From: Macrostomum lignano
Taxonomy: Eukaryota
Length of the DNA stretch: 64,000 bases
NCBI GenBank assembly: GCA_002269645.1
Contig: NIVC01001944.1
Coordinates: forward strand, 1 to 64,000
Reading direction: 5' to 3'
This document shows, in pieces, positions 10,110-24,060 of the stretch (the stretch's first letter is position 1; each line of letters begins with the position of its first letter). Both the position numbers and the translations under genes were made by a program. The notes beneath the pieces were generated by a model. The model had not been told where the DNA came from, ran no database searches, and saw only the letters and a list, made by a program, of their open reading frames with translations.

Positions 10110-12900
10110 TTAAATACTATCAATCCATTCTTCATCTGACTCAGACTGCTCACGACTTGATTCAACGTCTGAATGACTCGGGGCTTCAACGTCATCTGGC
10201 TGATTTACGTTGGTACCAGCGTCGTTTGGATGCTGCGCATCAGCAGCAGCAGCTTCAATGCTTGCGTCAATGTGATCAAAGCGAAGAGCTTGAAGTTGCT
10301 TTAAAATAGTCTGAAAGAGGCATCGAAACTGGGCTGGCAATCCAGGTTGATGATGGAGTGTTTCACAGTGCTGTTCAAGTTTAATTTGAACGTCACGCCA
10401 CTCTTGCACAATAATGATCTTTTCCTCCGCTAGACGATTCAGCTTGTGATACAAGTCAACCACCCGTCGCTTGAACCTCTCAGACACATCGATCGAAAGA
10501 CCGAAGTAGAAGTCTGACTGGAAGTCGCGAAGCTGAATCATAGTGGGCACGCGAAGGCCTGGCGGAAGCGAGCGGGCGGCCATTCGAATGTCTGCATTTA
10601 AAGCCGCAACCTTGCGTAGACATGCTCGATTTTCTTTTTGTCCATCTGAGCAGCCACTCTGACGGATCCAATAGAATCGTTCCAAAGCAAGTGCCTTAAG
10701 CTTTGCGTAAGGTTCCCTGCTCAATGGAGAGTCGCTATTGGGATTTATGGCTTCTGCATGCCATTGTTGAGCAAGATTTAAAATGGCTACCTCAGAGATT
10801 CCGGCAGGAATAGTTAATTTGTTGTTCCGCATCAAATCGCCAGCTTGTAGAAGCAATTGCTCCATTTCAGCTGAACAAGACGCGGCTGTGCGAGTTATTA
10901 GTTTTAATCGAGCAGAAAACCAATTGGAGGCGTACAACAACTGATTAGCATTGAAGCAATGCAAAATGTAAGACATACAAGCACTTCTGCGATCGGACCG
11001 CATGTACTTTAAGCTTTTACCAAACGGTCGTAGTGCAGACCAAGCGCGCTCCGTATTCTCCCCGTCGCAAAGACCCGCTCCAGGAGTTACCCGCACGGAG
11101 TACTTTAGTTGGCATTGTCTCTCGTGGCCCAGCACATGAAAGGCGTTCACAGCGCACGTGACACTGTTAAGCTGTACACCAGATGCTGACACCATGGACT
11201 TGACACGATTGGAAATGCGACAACCTGATTTTAGGAAAAAGTTTTTAAATGAATAAATAATTGAGCTTCGTGTCGCAGTACGCATGCACGTACATAAGTA
11301 AGCACAAGCATAAGTAAGCACACACTATAAGTGTATAGTGTAAATAAGTGCAGCATGATAGAAACACGATAAAAATCAACTCACCAACATCATAGATAAA
11401 AATGAGATCCTTTGAGACGGGCTGTGTCATTAGGTAATGACGAAGAGTCTGTTCTGGATAGCACAGGCCCTCACCAGCTGTAATAATGTTGCAACCTGTC
11501 AGAAGCCTGTTATGCCGGCAAAATAAGCCAAAGAAACCGTTGACATCGTGCTTGCTGGCCCTGATCACGGGTTTTTCTGTTCCAGCCTTCCAGTTAGTGC
11601 AGCCTTCTGCAGACACTTGTGTCGTAGGAGGCGGTACAGTTGCTGGTTCTACATGAATAAGCGGTGACGGCAATGAGCGTTCAGAATCTGGCACTAGACG
11701 TTGCTTCGAACCCATACTTTGTAGTCTTCGCCATCCAAATAGAGCATCAGCACAAACTACAGACTTCCGACTTGAATTTTGGTCAGGACACAAAAGACAA
11801 CTAGCAGGCCAGCTTGCTGAACACCTCTGCAACTCTCGAAACCGCAGTAGGACTCCATTACGCTGCAATCTCTGATACACTCGATCGGCTAAACCAGGGT
11901 TCCAGCGACCTTGTCCTACGACGGAGCCTTTGAAAAGACAGGTAATTGCACGAGACAGTGGCAGTTGACCGTCAAAGCACAAGGAGTCAAGAGTTGATAG
12001 AAAGCTAATTGAAAAAAATGTTAACAATTCGCCAACGCGTGACTCGCTTCCAGGAAAGTATCCTTTTGCTAGCATGGCATCAACTTTATCACAGGATTGG
12101 CACGTATAAATTCTGGCGCAAACAATTCCGTTGATGTCAATAATCTGAATTTCGGATGATGTTGTATACTCAGAAGACAAGCTTGATTCGCTACAGCAGA
12201 ATAGAGAGACAGGCTCTTCTTCTTGAATGTCTTCAAACATTAGCGATTGAGCCTAGGAAAAAGGGTTAAATTTTGTATGCGGTGTTATAAAAATATTATT
12301 CCGTACTAAGGCTATTAGCATTCTAAATACTTTTGTTTCACGTCAAATTTAATACAGCGTTATACTGCCAAATAGGCGTCATTGTTTTCTTCACAGTAAA
12401 CTAATATCCTTAGAAATTGCAATTTAGATTTTAAAACAACTTACATTCCACTGGAGGAACTTGTGAGCAGCAAAATTTCCATGCGTTATCTTTTTACAAT
12501 CACTGCAGACATCGTACTGACAATGAACACATCGGAAAACTCCAGGCTGCATGTCGCAACGAACACAGCATTTTAACTCGAATGACTGTTTATAACCGGC
12601 AGTGTAACTTTCCACAATGGCCGTGTAGTCTTCCCATTCCGTGAATTTAGGCGGCTGTTCAAACTTATTACTAATCTGTTCAGGCATAGAGTCATGGTTT
12701 CCTGCACCCAGATCTTGTGAAAGACTGCCGCCAGTGACTGTGGAACACGAGGAAGCCGTGGCAATCGATGTAGTACTTTCCAATGCATTAGGCGCATTAG
12801 ACGTTCGCAATATCCTTGGCCTTCCGCGTTGGCCAGTCATCAGTACTACTTCAGATTGTCTTTTTCTCGATTTCGCATTTAGTTTTCTTGACGAAATCAT
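10110..12900 (-). CDS. KDZ (Kyakuja-Dileera-Zisupton) transposase with N-terminal CxC cysteine clusters, about 812 aa, 3 exons, intact
   Basis: Exons 12900-12445, 12252-11385 and 11224-10110 total 2439 nt with an open frame across the GT-AG junctions (FLQWN|AQSLM and YDVG|CRIS). Motifs: CVRC...RCVHC...CSDC...H...H, CLLC, CADALF, FCRH, GEGLCYP, IYDVGC, AFHVLGHERQCQLKY, GAGLCDGENTERAWS. Confidence 0.88.
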
Positions 12901-14236
12901 TGCTGAAATTCGTGAGGATCATTCTGAATTGTATATTACATCATATGCTAAGCTCAAAAGGTGTTTATCTATATCAGTGTCTTTTTAGAGCAGGTGCTTA
13001 GCCATCTGCTCAGCCACCTGCAAGGCAACCTGCTCAGGCATTGCAGCTCAGGCAGTGGCTGGCTTGGAGCATCAGCTGATTTGATTAAAGTTGATTAAAA
13101 TCTAGCAGATTTATAGTCTATAATTTGTTATCCATAGCCATATTGCATTGAGTTGTGTTTATAAGTATATAATAAGCAGCTTAAATTATTATTTGGTGTA
13201 ATTGGGATGCTTTGGAATATGTTTTCTAAATTTTCCACTTCATCTTGTATTCTTGATTGTTGTATTTTCTTACAAGTCTTTTCTGGGTCCTTATGTCTAT
13301 GAAAAAGGGTAGGCCTACCTGCATATAGTGGCTCTTTGATTTTAATTTATAAATTTTAGATGTATACATTTTTTGTTTTAATAGTTGCAGTTTAATGAGC
13401 CACAACACAAATGCCCACAAAGTTTTTATCAGTTTTATTTTATTTGGAATATTCCAATAAATTATAATATATAAATATATATTATTTATCCTAACAAAAA
13501 GAATTCTATATGAATATTATATTTACATATTTATAGTCACAGAATCATGCACTGAAAAAGTTCTTCTTAGGCTTGATAACAATATAGAAACATATAGAAA
13601 CTAATAGATAAAAGTCTTAAATAACATTTATCATTTTTGATATTCTGTTTTTTAATTTGACTAAGAACATCTAAAGAAATCATACTTTTTTATTAGAATA
13701 TTTAAACTTATTTAAAGGCAACAAAGGTACAAAAGAATAGGCAGCCTTATGGTCATAACATTATGGTTTTAACTTTTTTCTGTCAATTCACTAACTTTGA
13801 ATTACCAATAGATTAAAAATTTAATAGATTATATGGCCATTAATGTTTATATCTAATTATGCAAATACTATAATTTTATCTATAGTTTGTTTCAATCTTC
13901 CAAAGCTTTTTATTTGTTTTCAAAAGGTACACAAAGTTAATGATGTCTTTTGCTTAAAAAAATGTTCAATTTTTTATAAAAATAGCTTTTTGCCAACTGA
14001 TATTATACTAATCCAACATTTTACCATTCATTTTTGGCATTTGTTATTTGTCCAATGACTGGACAAATAGCCTTTTTGCTATTTGTCTGCTTAAATTGCT
14101 AACACAAGTATCTGTTTGTTTTATGATGAATATTCTAAATTTTTAAGACCTTTTCTTGTATATTAATTAATATTTTCTTATATACTGTTAGCAAAGCAAT
14201 GTATTCAATTTGGCATAATTTTGTATATAAGACACA

Positions 14237-14388
14237 CTAGTTCCCAGTGAGCTCCGCGAAACCCACAAACCCAAGGACACGCGCGAAGCGCGTGTCCTTG
14301 GGTTTGTGGGGTGAGCGGAGCGAACGCGCGAGGCACAAAGTGCCGAGCATGAGGAACAAACAGCCAGCCAATGCGCGAAGCGCATTGG
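14237..14388 (-). mobile_element. Helitron-like 3' terminus with GCGAAGC-capped hairpins
   Basis: A perfect 23-bp stem (14262-14284/14288-14310) with a GAA loop and a second 9-bp stem (14368-14388). The minus strand then ends CTAG|T at 14237/14236. The 5' end was not found. Confidence 0.5.
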
Positions 14389-16578
14389 GTGGTCTGGCTT
14401 GTGACGAATATAATAATATGAGACGTGTGCATCGAAAAAATGACAAGAAAAATCTCACAAAAACTGCTGTAACTTCAAAACTACAAGTGCGAATTTCACA
14501 AGTGAGGTGTCATTTTAAAGAGAAGAATCTGATCTATTTAACGAGTATAGTTTTGTATGGATTCACTGCGGAGAAAAGGAACAGGCTTCAGTTGAAATGT
14601 TTGTCTTAAGATTATGTCTTTACAAAAGTGCATTTCCTCATGCACATTAAAACTCGAGCTAAAAATGTTCGAGGGTTATAGGTGCGCCTTACTAAGATGC
14701 ATAACATTATTGGGTTGTTTTTTTCAATTGTATCAAAAAGTTGGCACTTTGGTTGCAAAAAATGCAAAAATTGAAAATGTACTTTTACAGTTTTTTGCAT
14801 TTTTTTCTATACTGCTAATAGTTAAGCATACATACTATGCACCAATTGATGCGCAATTCAAAGATACACAAGTGTGGAAGTTTTCAATTCCTAAACATTT
14901 GAAATCAGAAAGTTATCGACGAAAGACTAAAAATCATGATCTCAAACTGATTTGAGGAAAAGTGCTCATTATAATTTTTGGAATATGGAAGAAACAATTC
15001 AACGCCGTCATCTAATTCCAAACTAACTGTACTTTAAGGTACTGCGATGATTTTTTTATTGAAAGAGCGAAACCTGTTTAAATATTTGAAAAAATGGAAA
15101 AAAAGTACCTTTTTTCATAGAAATACACTCTTTTGACTGCTTAATCCGATTTCCAACAACAAAATAGTTGCTTTCCTGCTGGTGCAAACCGTTATTAGGG
15201 TGAATTTTCAAAATTGCATACTGTGCCAAAAGTAAACTGAAGCTTAATATTTATAAACATTAGAAACGGGACCACTAATGGGTATTTTACTTTGGTTACT
15301 TACTATGGACTAAACTGGCACTGGCAGAGACAGATTTGAGAGAAACTAATTGCTCCATTGTATTTGTATTTGGCTCCAGCGTTACAAATTACAATAGCTA
15401 TTTCGGGGTCTAACCGGCTAAGTTATCAAAAAAGCTAGATACCAATCACCAGTTTCATCATCAGCTATACCTACCACGATTTTATAGTCACATGCAACAG
15501 TAATACCCTCCTTTAAAAGTTTTCAATATCTAAAATGATGTGTTAAATTTTATAAAATTTCATAAACAGTGAAATTTTAGCTGTTTACGTGCTGGTGGTT
15601 TGAACGTAGCTACTTTGTGCGAAAATACACTGTCATTAATACCGTACCTATTATTGTATTTATTGTATTGAAAGTTGATGTGTAAATTGTACTTTTCTAT
15701 TTTTTTGTCATTCGTTATCGCACTCGGGCCGGCCTGCCTGCCTTGTGGGGTGTGGTGGCCTTGGCCACTTTCTCCCCCTTCTGCTAGGATCCAAAGCAAG
15801 CTTTCAAGTGTACATTTAATATTATCGATCGATTATTTAAAACAAGCCTCTAGTGGCTGGTGTTGAGAGTGAGTGGCCTTGAGTGTACGCGAAAGCAAGA
15901 GGAAGCCCATGGGCGGACTATATGAACCTTCCTTTAGTGGAAAGTTGGGCCTTGTGCATTGGATAGTGTACGCTACACAAGACAGAAGGTAAAGAGAAAG
16001 AGAACGACAGGCTAGCCAATAGCGATAGCATGTGCTTCTTTCTCTCCAGTCCACTATGGTAGGGGGGGGGAGGGGGGTGTCATACGGCCCAACTCTAACC
16101 CCCATACCCAAAACAGCGTACATGTAGAATAAGAAGGGATTGGGTCCAGATAAGTCTTCCCAAATGTACATGTATGTACAAAGACAAACACAGACAAGAA
16201 AAATGGCTCTAAAAACCATTGTTATTGTTACACTGTGTGTCTATTTTTATTAACTTGACTTTGACTTGTCTTTAGGCCCTACTCTAGCATGGTCAAGGAT
16301 AATTACTGTTACTTCATACCTAATTTACAATTAATTGCATAAGATTAAGAAGGAATAATACAATCGAGGTCGAACCCATGATCACTTGACCCACCCACCC
16401 ATGATCACTTCTGATTCTGACCTACATGTATCTACTATATCCTGCCAGTTTCTCCAGTTTTATGGGTCTTGGTGTCGGTGATTCGAGCAATTCCATTACA
16501 TTTTATCGGTGCAGTGCGTCTATTAATGCTTAGCTACTTGTATATGTGTTGCAGAACTTATGCTCGTAGTTTCCCTTC

Positions 16579-17358
16579 TAGGGATGTTGACCCCGGGAGT
16601 GCTCCCCGGGGAGCTTGTCGGGGAATACTCTCCGGGGAATTTAACCGGGGACCCTGGGGAGAAAAAATATGAAAAAATGCATTTGTAACTTAATTTTTGC
16701 CATTAAAATAAGAAACTGATTCACAGAAAGCTGATTGAAACTCTGTCTATGCTCTTTTACCGCATAATTGCTTATTTCAATGCATTACATGTATTTGAAA
16801 CACAACACACGTTTGATTGTTTTTTCACTAATAAGTCATTCAATCAAGCAAATTGCACGTAGAAAAGAAACCCGTCAGGAAAAAGAAGCCTTACTGACTA
16901 GTGACTGCTGTGTTGGTCTGCGTTGACGGCTTGACGCAGGCGCAGCGCTGCGTCATGCGTCAGGCACTGACGCATAGGGGGGTGTCATACATATACTCCC
17001 TATTAGACAAGGACAAAATGGTGATTTACATATATATGCAAGAAATAAAATTCCGATTATAAAAACAGTCTCATTCATTAATTATCCTCTCACGAGCGTA
17101 GCTGTTTAGCATGCATTCCAACAAATGCACTTTTCCGATAAAGGTGCGCGCACGATTTCGTGATGCCACATTGTCAAATACAGTTTAAAAAAACATTGTT
17201 TAAAATTTTTACCCCTGCGCCTTGAACATGTAGTACAAAGCTTAAATCAAAGTTTAAAAAATTCCACTTACAATCTAAGTGATCCGCCGTTTTAACTTAT
17301 TTTTTCTTTTCACCGGGGTCCCCGATAAGATAATTCCCTGGGGAATCGACATCCCTAA
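16579..17358. mobile_element. hAT-type MITE
   Basis: TIRs TAGGGATGTTGA / TCGACATCCCTA. 8-bp TSD TTCCCTTC at 16571-16578 and 17359-17366, with one extra A at the right end. Confidence 0.8.
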
Positions 17359-19074
17359 TTCCCTTCCTATAAATCATTTGACGTTAGAGACATTTTACAA
17401 CTCTCGCCCTACTTTATCTATTAGGCTAACTTTATGTATGACACGACGCAAAATATTAGGAGCATCAGCGTTAATAATGCCTTGAAAGTCTTTAAATAAT
17501 CGATACAACACTAGGTATTATAAAATTCCAACCCCAAAGCTCACTGGGGCGAAAAGACTTTGTCTTCATTAACTAGTATAACAACATAATAAACTAATAA
17601 TCAAGATACAAATAAGAAGTCTTTAAAGTCTAGGAATATTTATCCTTGTAGTTTCTATGAAATAGATTTTTTAGCATTATTAATTTAATTGGACAAATGA
17701 CAAAATGTCTATTTGTCCAGTATTAACTAGATGAATAAGAAAGCATGGTCATAATCCAGTAACTGGACAAATGACAATTGCCTTTATTTTTAGATTGTAT
17801 GCTAGTATAGGCTTATATTATACATAAAGAACATTTGGCAGAAAAATTAGCTAGCAAGGCAATGGTGAGCAAAATATTGACTTTTTACTATTTTCCAAAT
17901 ATGTCTATCTTATCTGGCTGGAATGAGCCACCTGACATAGGCCCTACTCACTATATATTCCACTCTTGACTCCAAGGTGCATATAGGAAAAAGATTATTT
18001 AAGTGTAAGGTGTGCGATGAAAAATACAAAGTGGGACTGTAGCCTAAGAGCAATGCTGTTACCTAGCTATTTAAGAAGTAGTACTTCAACCAACCTGCTG
18101 TCTAGCAACAAATGAGATCTACTGTCACTGACATATGACAAGCATATCTAAGATGCTTAAAGTTTAAAAAAATTCTTAATACTCTGGTCACAGTTGCTGT
18201 GTCACTGTCACAGATTCATCAGTTAATTCATCACAAATAAGCCCTCAAATCTCTAGAAGGTATTCATTTGAAGTAGCCAGGATCACCATATTATTTTTTG
18301 TTATTGGCCCTTGCTCTATGCACTGCCTACAAACTTGAAGGTCTATATTATATTATTACACAATCTAAATATACTAAATCTCTAAGGTTTGTTTGTATGC
18401 TTGAATGAATGTCCATAATGCTCTAGTTGTATAACTAAATCATGCAAATATATATCTAGATTTGAAAGGCCTTCTCGTCTCAATTTCAGCACAAAAAGTG
18501 ACAGGAATCAGGTCGATAGGTCATTCGCAAGTCAGTTTCATCACATACTACTATTGTATCAATATTTACACAAACTACACGTCACAATTTACACAATGAT
18601 GTATGACAAAAAATTACATATATTACAAACTACACGTCACAATTTACACAAATATTTACACAATAATTAATATATTACAAAAAAGCTATGCGATTAGCGA
18701 ATACGTGGCTACACACACATCAGCCATAGCTTTTATGATAGCTAGAAGAAAAAATTATTGCCGATGTAACGCATCAGCTATGGTAAACAAAGAAACACTA
18801 GGAGAACTAATGACGCAGCGCGAGAAAAATCTGTTTTAGATTTGCGGCTGTTAGTTTGTTCACATAAGATAGGCATATTAAGTGTTTTAGTAAAATAAAA
18901 TGCAAATACAATAAATAAACGTATTTTTTTCTCCTAAAACAGAACCCACCGATCGCATCAGTTTTTTTTATCAATAAATTATTACATTTGTTATACTACA
19001 GATAAATTTCCGGTGGTCTAAGCCAAGTGTAATAACTAGCGCAACGATCCCTAAATCATCGCTTGTGACGCTTG

Positions 19075-20780
19075 GAACCCCAAATCAACTCAAGAAGGCC
19101 CAAACTAGCCCTTGAAAGCTCAAACTAGCCCTGGAAAGCTCAAACTAGCGCTGGAAAGCTCAAATTGGCGCGGGAAAGCTCGAATTGGCACCGGAAGCTA
19201 AATTTGGCGCCAGGATCCCCAAATTGGCGCCAGGAACCCCAAATCAACTCAAGAAGGCCCAAACCAGCCCTAGGAAGCTCAAACTAGCCCTGGAAAGCTC
19301 AAACTAGCGCTGGAAAGCTCAAATTGGCGCGGGAAAGCTCGAATTGGCGCCGGAAGCTAAATTTGGCGTCAGGATCCCCAAATTGGCGCCAGGAACCCCA
19401 AATCAACTCAAGAAGGCCCAAACCAGCCCTAGGAAGCTCAAACTAGCCCTGGAAAGCTCAAACTAGCGCTGGAAAGCTCAAATTGGCGCGGGAAAGCTCG
19501 AATTGGCGCCGGAAGCTAAATTTGGCGCCAGGATCCCCAAATTGGCGCCAGGAACCCCAAATCAACTCAAGAAGGCCCAAACCAGCCCTAGGAAGCTCAA
19601 ACTAGCCCTGGAAAGCTCAAACTAGCGCTGGAAAGCTCAAATTGGCGCGGGAAAGCTCGAATTGGCGCCGGAAGCTAAATTTGGCGCCAGGATCCCCAAA
19701 TTGGCGCCAGGAACCCCAAATCAACTCAAGAAGGCCCAAACCAGCCCTAGGAAGCTCAAACTAGCCCTGGAAAGCTCAAACTAGCGCTGGAAAGCTCAAA
19801 TTGGCGCGGGAAAGCTCGAATTGGCGCCGGAAGCTAAATTTGGCGCCAGGATCCCCAAATTGGCGCCAGGAACCCCAAATCAACTCAAGAAGGCCCAAAC
19901 CAGCCCTAGGAAGCTCAAACTAGCCCTGGAAAGCTCAAACTAGCGCTGGAAAGCTCAAATTGGCGCGGGAAAGCTCGAATTGGCGCCGGAAGCTAAATTT
20001 GGCGCCAGGAACCCCAAATCAACTCAAGAAGGCCCAAACCAGCCCTAGGAAGCTCAAACTAGCCCTGGAAAGCTCAAACTAGCGCTGGAAAGCTCAAATT
20101 GGCGCGGGAAAGCTCGAATTGGCGCCGGAAGCTAAATTTGGCGCCAGGATCCCCAAATTGGCGCCAGGAACCCCAAATCAACTCAAGAAGGCCCAAACCA
20201 GCCCTAGGAAGCTCAAACTAGCCCTGGAAAGCTCAAACTAGCGCTGGAAAGCTCAAATTGGCGCGGGAAAGCTCGAATTGGCGCCGGAAGCTAAATTTGG
20301 CGCCAGGATCCCCAAATTGGCGCCAGGAACCCCAAATCAACTCAAGAAGGCCCAAACCAGCCCTAGGAAGCTCAAACTAGCCCTGGAAAGCTCAAACTAG
20401 CGCTGGAAAGCTCAAATTGGCGCGGGAAAGCTCGAATTGGCGCCGGAAGCTAAATTTGGCGCCAGGATCCCCAAATTGGCGCCAGGATCGCCGAATCAGC
20501 GCTGGAATTTGCCAACGGGCGTAGAAGTGGCAGCATATATCAGCTTGCTACTTTTTGGCGCCGATTTTAATATACCGGCGCCAATTTCAGCCTTTGGGCG
20601 CCCATTTTAGCGCCCTGGCAAGGTCAATGCATTTAGTTCTCACGCGATGGCGCCAAAAAATTTTTTTTTCTTTTTTTGAATTAGTGCCATGTATCTTGCC
20701 AACCAATACGAGTCAAGTTCTGGCGTCTGCTTTTCCACAGCCGCCTGGCTGGGTCCCGTCAACAAGCTATTTTTAGCGTG
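19075..20780. repeat. 159-bp higher-order tandem repeat (about 9 copies, built from ~20-bp subunits) plus a unique right flank shared with 28750-29260
   Basis: GGAACCCC anchors at 19233 and 19392; subunits GGAAAGCTCAAA... and TTGGCGCC. Confidence 0.9.
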
Positions 20781-22429
20781 GGAAACTGTCTGACTCACTC
20801 ATTTGATTCCCCGAGTCCACGGGTGCAAGGGCTAGCCAAGGTGGACCCACGGTGGAGCCACCTGGCTAGCCACGTATTTTTTGTGTAGTGGATTGTCTGG
20901 CTAGCCTGGGAATATGCTCTGCTTAGCGGGGGCCAGCCCACGAGCGGAGAGGGAGAGGTTGGGTGGGTGTGGGGTGAGTGTGGAACGCTAGTGCGCACAA
21001 GCGTACTAGCACTGTACTAGCAATGAAGCTAGCTGAAAACACTGCACATCCGTGACTCATTTCTCGTATATTAATGTATACTGGATGAAGACGGCTCTTT
21101 GTCTTTCCTAACTCTCCCAAAATTAAAAAAACTAACAGAACGCATTTCGTTTTAAGCTGCAAGGAATTGTATTCTTTAAATACTGACGCGTTTCATTCAA
21201 CGTATATTTCTACTTTTTAATACATATCATTTATTAAACTATTTGATTCAGTTGAATCTTTAAGATCTTGAGATTTTTTATTCTTAATACGCTCGTAAGG
21301 CTTTCGTTATTTCTTAATTTTATTCCAAAGGTAAGCAAACGTTGGTTCTTAATTTGCATTGTACTCATTGTATTCTAGCTTATAATTGCAATATGCTAGG
21401 AATCTTGTGTTCTTCTATGTTCTTAAAGGTGGAAATTTAGTCAAAGAAAAATAGTACAGGCGCAAGAAGTGAGGACGACTAGCCATCCATTTTCGTTTTG
21501 AACGTAAAAGATATTGAAAAACAAACTTAGAAAAGTAAGGTACGAGCGTACCAAGCGAGTTGTTCTAAAATTGATAAACAGGCTAATTTCCTAATTCGCA
21601 GAATAGCTGAGTCCCAGTTTTCTAATTTCTATAGATTGGACTTGTCCTTTAGAAGTTATCTTTATTTTCAGAATACTCGTATACTGCACCCGTTTGTAAA
21701 TATTATGTCAAAAAGGCAGAAAAAGAAATTTTGAATTTCCGCGCAAAATTAAAACAAATTAGGAATTTCAACTAAATTTAAATTCACGTAGATATTCAAA
21801 ATCTCACGTTCGTTAAATTCTGGCTATCTGGCGCCCCCTTTGGCACTTCATTGGCCCTGAAATACTTGAATTGTGGTTGCTGTATGATCTTATTTCCTTT
21901 TCTAGTTTAGGAAGTCAAATAAAGAGTAGAGTAGTCAGACAAATTGATCTTATGCTGGAGTACAATGAGATACTGAATGTTAGCATTTTAAGCAAAGCGA
22001 TAATATTGTTTGGAATTCTGTTTACACTAGAGCAGTATCGCCCTTCGATACATATCGGCTGTTTTGTGATTTTAATTTACAGTTGCTCAGGTTGCACTAA
22101 AGTCGCAATCCGCCGCAATCAACCCGCAGGTGACAGAATCCGCTGCCAGCAGACCTCATGGCTGGCTAGCCGTGGTTTGGCTTCTCGGGACGCTGTTCAC
22201 CTCCCCGACTGAACGAGGCCATCGCTGATTTTGTCCGCTAAGATGGCGTTCCGCGACGATGGCCGGCCGTGAATAAACTAGATGTAGCTTCTGAATTTTA
22301 CCTAGACATCTCAGAAATCCCTCATAAGCATTTACGAGTACATCTCAGTTATTCCCCGTGAGCCTTAACATCTCAGTAATTCTCCTCAAGAGTCACAGCA
22401 CAGTTTCACGTGACTCTTCTTTTATTTTG

Positions 22430-23030
22430 ACATGACGCTTCATTTGATTTTTACATAACGCTTCCTTTATGTTTTGCATGACGCTTCTTTTGTGTTTTAA
22501 ATGATGCTTCTATTATTTTTTACAAGACTTGAAAAAAAGCAAAAAGGCTTGACATCTCAAAATCCCCCCGTAAACCTTAAAATCTCTGAAATTCTTCCAA
22601 AGAGTCACAGCAGAGTTTACGGGAGGCTTCTTTTACTTTCTACATGACACTTCCATGATTTTTTACATGACGCTTCTTACAGTCTGACATGACGCTTCTT
22701 TTACTTGTTACATGACGCTTCTATGATTTTTATCGGACGCTTCTATGATTTTTACCGGACGCTTCTATGATCTTTACGTGACGCTTCTGTGATCTTTACA
22801 TGACGCTTCTGTGATCTTTACATGACGCTTCTATGATTTTTACATGACGCTTCTATGATTGTTTACATGACGCTTCTATGATTGTTTACATGACGCTTCT
22901 ATGATTGTTTACATGACGCTTCTATGATTGTTTACATGACGCTTCTATGATTTTTAAATGACGCTTGTATGATTGTTTACATGACGCTTTTTTCATTTAT
23001 TCATGACGCTTTTTTCGCTTTTATTAGCTA
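22430..23030. repeat. Degenerate 22-24 bp minisatellite (TACATGACGCTTCTATGATT)
   Basis: A repeated CATGACGCTT core is visible throughout. Confidence 0.85.
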
Positions 23031-23289
23031 TGTTTTGATATTAGAATACACATACAGGCGCAGTCCCAAGGCTTTTTGCCGAATTTTGCGGGCTTGAGTT
23101 TATAGTTTGACAGCCACTTTGACTTGTTATTTTCTTCTACCGAAAGCCGATTAAAGGCTTTCAAACCCTTCGATAAAAGGTGCCATAAAAATTTATGCGA
23201 AGACTACATATATATTTACTTGTATAGCTAAAGCAACTCGGTCGTCAGAAGCTTCCCCTCACCATTCCCCTCTGAGGGATATAAACAAG

Positions 23290-24060
23290 TGCATCTTATC
23301 AGGGATAAGGAATTAGAAATCGTGGATTCGGATTCCAAAATGAGGATTCAGAGATATGGAATTAGGAATTGTGGATTCGGATTCCAACATGAGGAATCAG
23401 GGATATGGAATTAGAAATCGTGGATTCGGATTCCAAAATGAGGATTCAGAGATATGGAATTAGGAATTGGGGATTCAAATTCCAACATTAGGAATCAGGG
23501 ATAGGGAATTAAGAATCGGGGATTCGGATTCCAACATGAGGAATCAGGGATAGGGAATTAAGAATCGGGGATTCGGATTCCAACATGAGGAATCAGGGAT
23601 AGGGAATTAAGAATCGGGGATTCGGATTCCAACATGAGGAATCAGGGATAGGGAATTAAGAATCGGGGATTCGGATTCCAACATGAGGAATCAGGGATAG
23701 GGAATTAAGAATCGGGGATTCGGATTCCAAAATGAGGAATCAGGGATAGGGAATTAAGAATCGGAGATTAAGATAAAAAAAATGAGCTTCTCACGGTTCT
23801 ATGATAGCTGGCAGCCTTTCAAACATTTAGAAAAAGGTGCCATAAGCTCCTCTCTGCCTTATGAATTATGATAGCTGACCCAGTCTTTCAAGTTTCTTGC
23901 AAAAGGTGCCATATGCCCTATCTGGGAAAGGGAATTAAGAATCGGGGATTCAGATTCCAACATGAGGAATCAGGGATAGGGAATTAAGAATCGGGTATTC
24001 GGATTCCAAACATGATCGAGGAATCAGGGATAGGGAATTAAGAATCGGGGATTGAGATTG
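23290..24060. repeat. 49-bp tandem repeat
   Basis: GGGATAGGGAATTAAGAATCGGGGATTCGGATTCCAACATGAGGAATCA repeats with anchors at 23501 and 23550; the array is interrupted at about 23770-23930. Confidence 0.9.

Larger units (their letters stand above)
5676..12900 (-). mobile_element. Probable KDZ DNA transposon carrying zinc-finger and SET cargo genes (termini not identified)
   Basis: Three compact co-oriented genes, two of which share the same 292-bp 3' module. No TIR or TSD could be found by eye, so the boundaries are minimal estimates. Confidence 0.6.
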
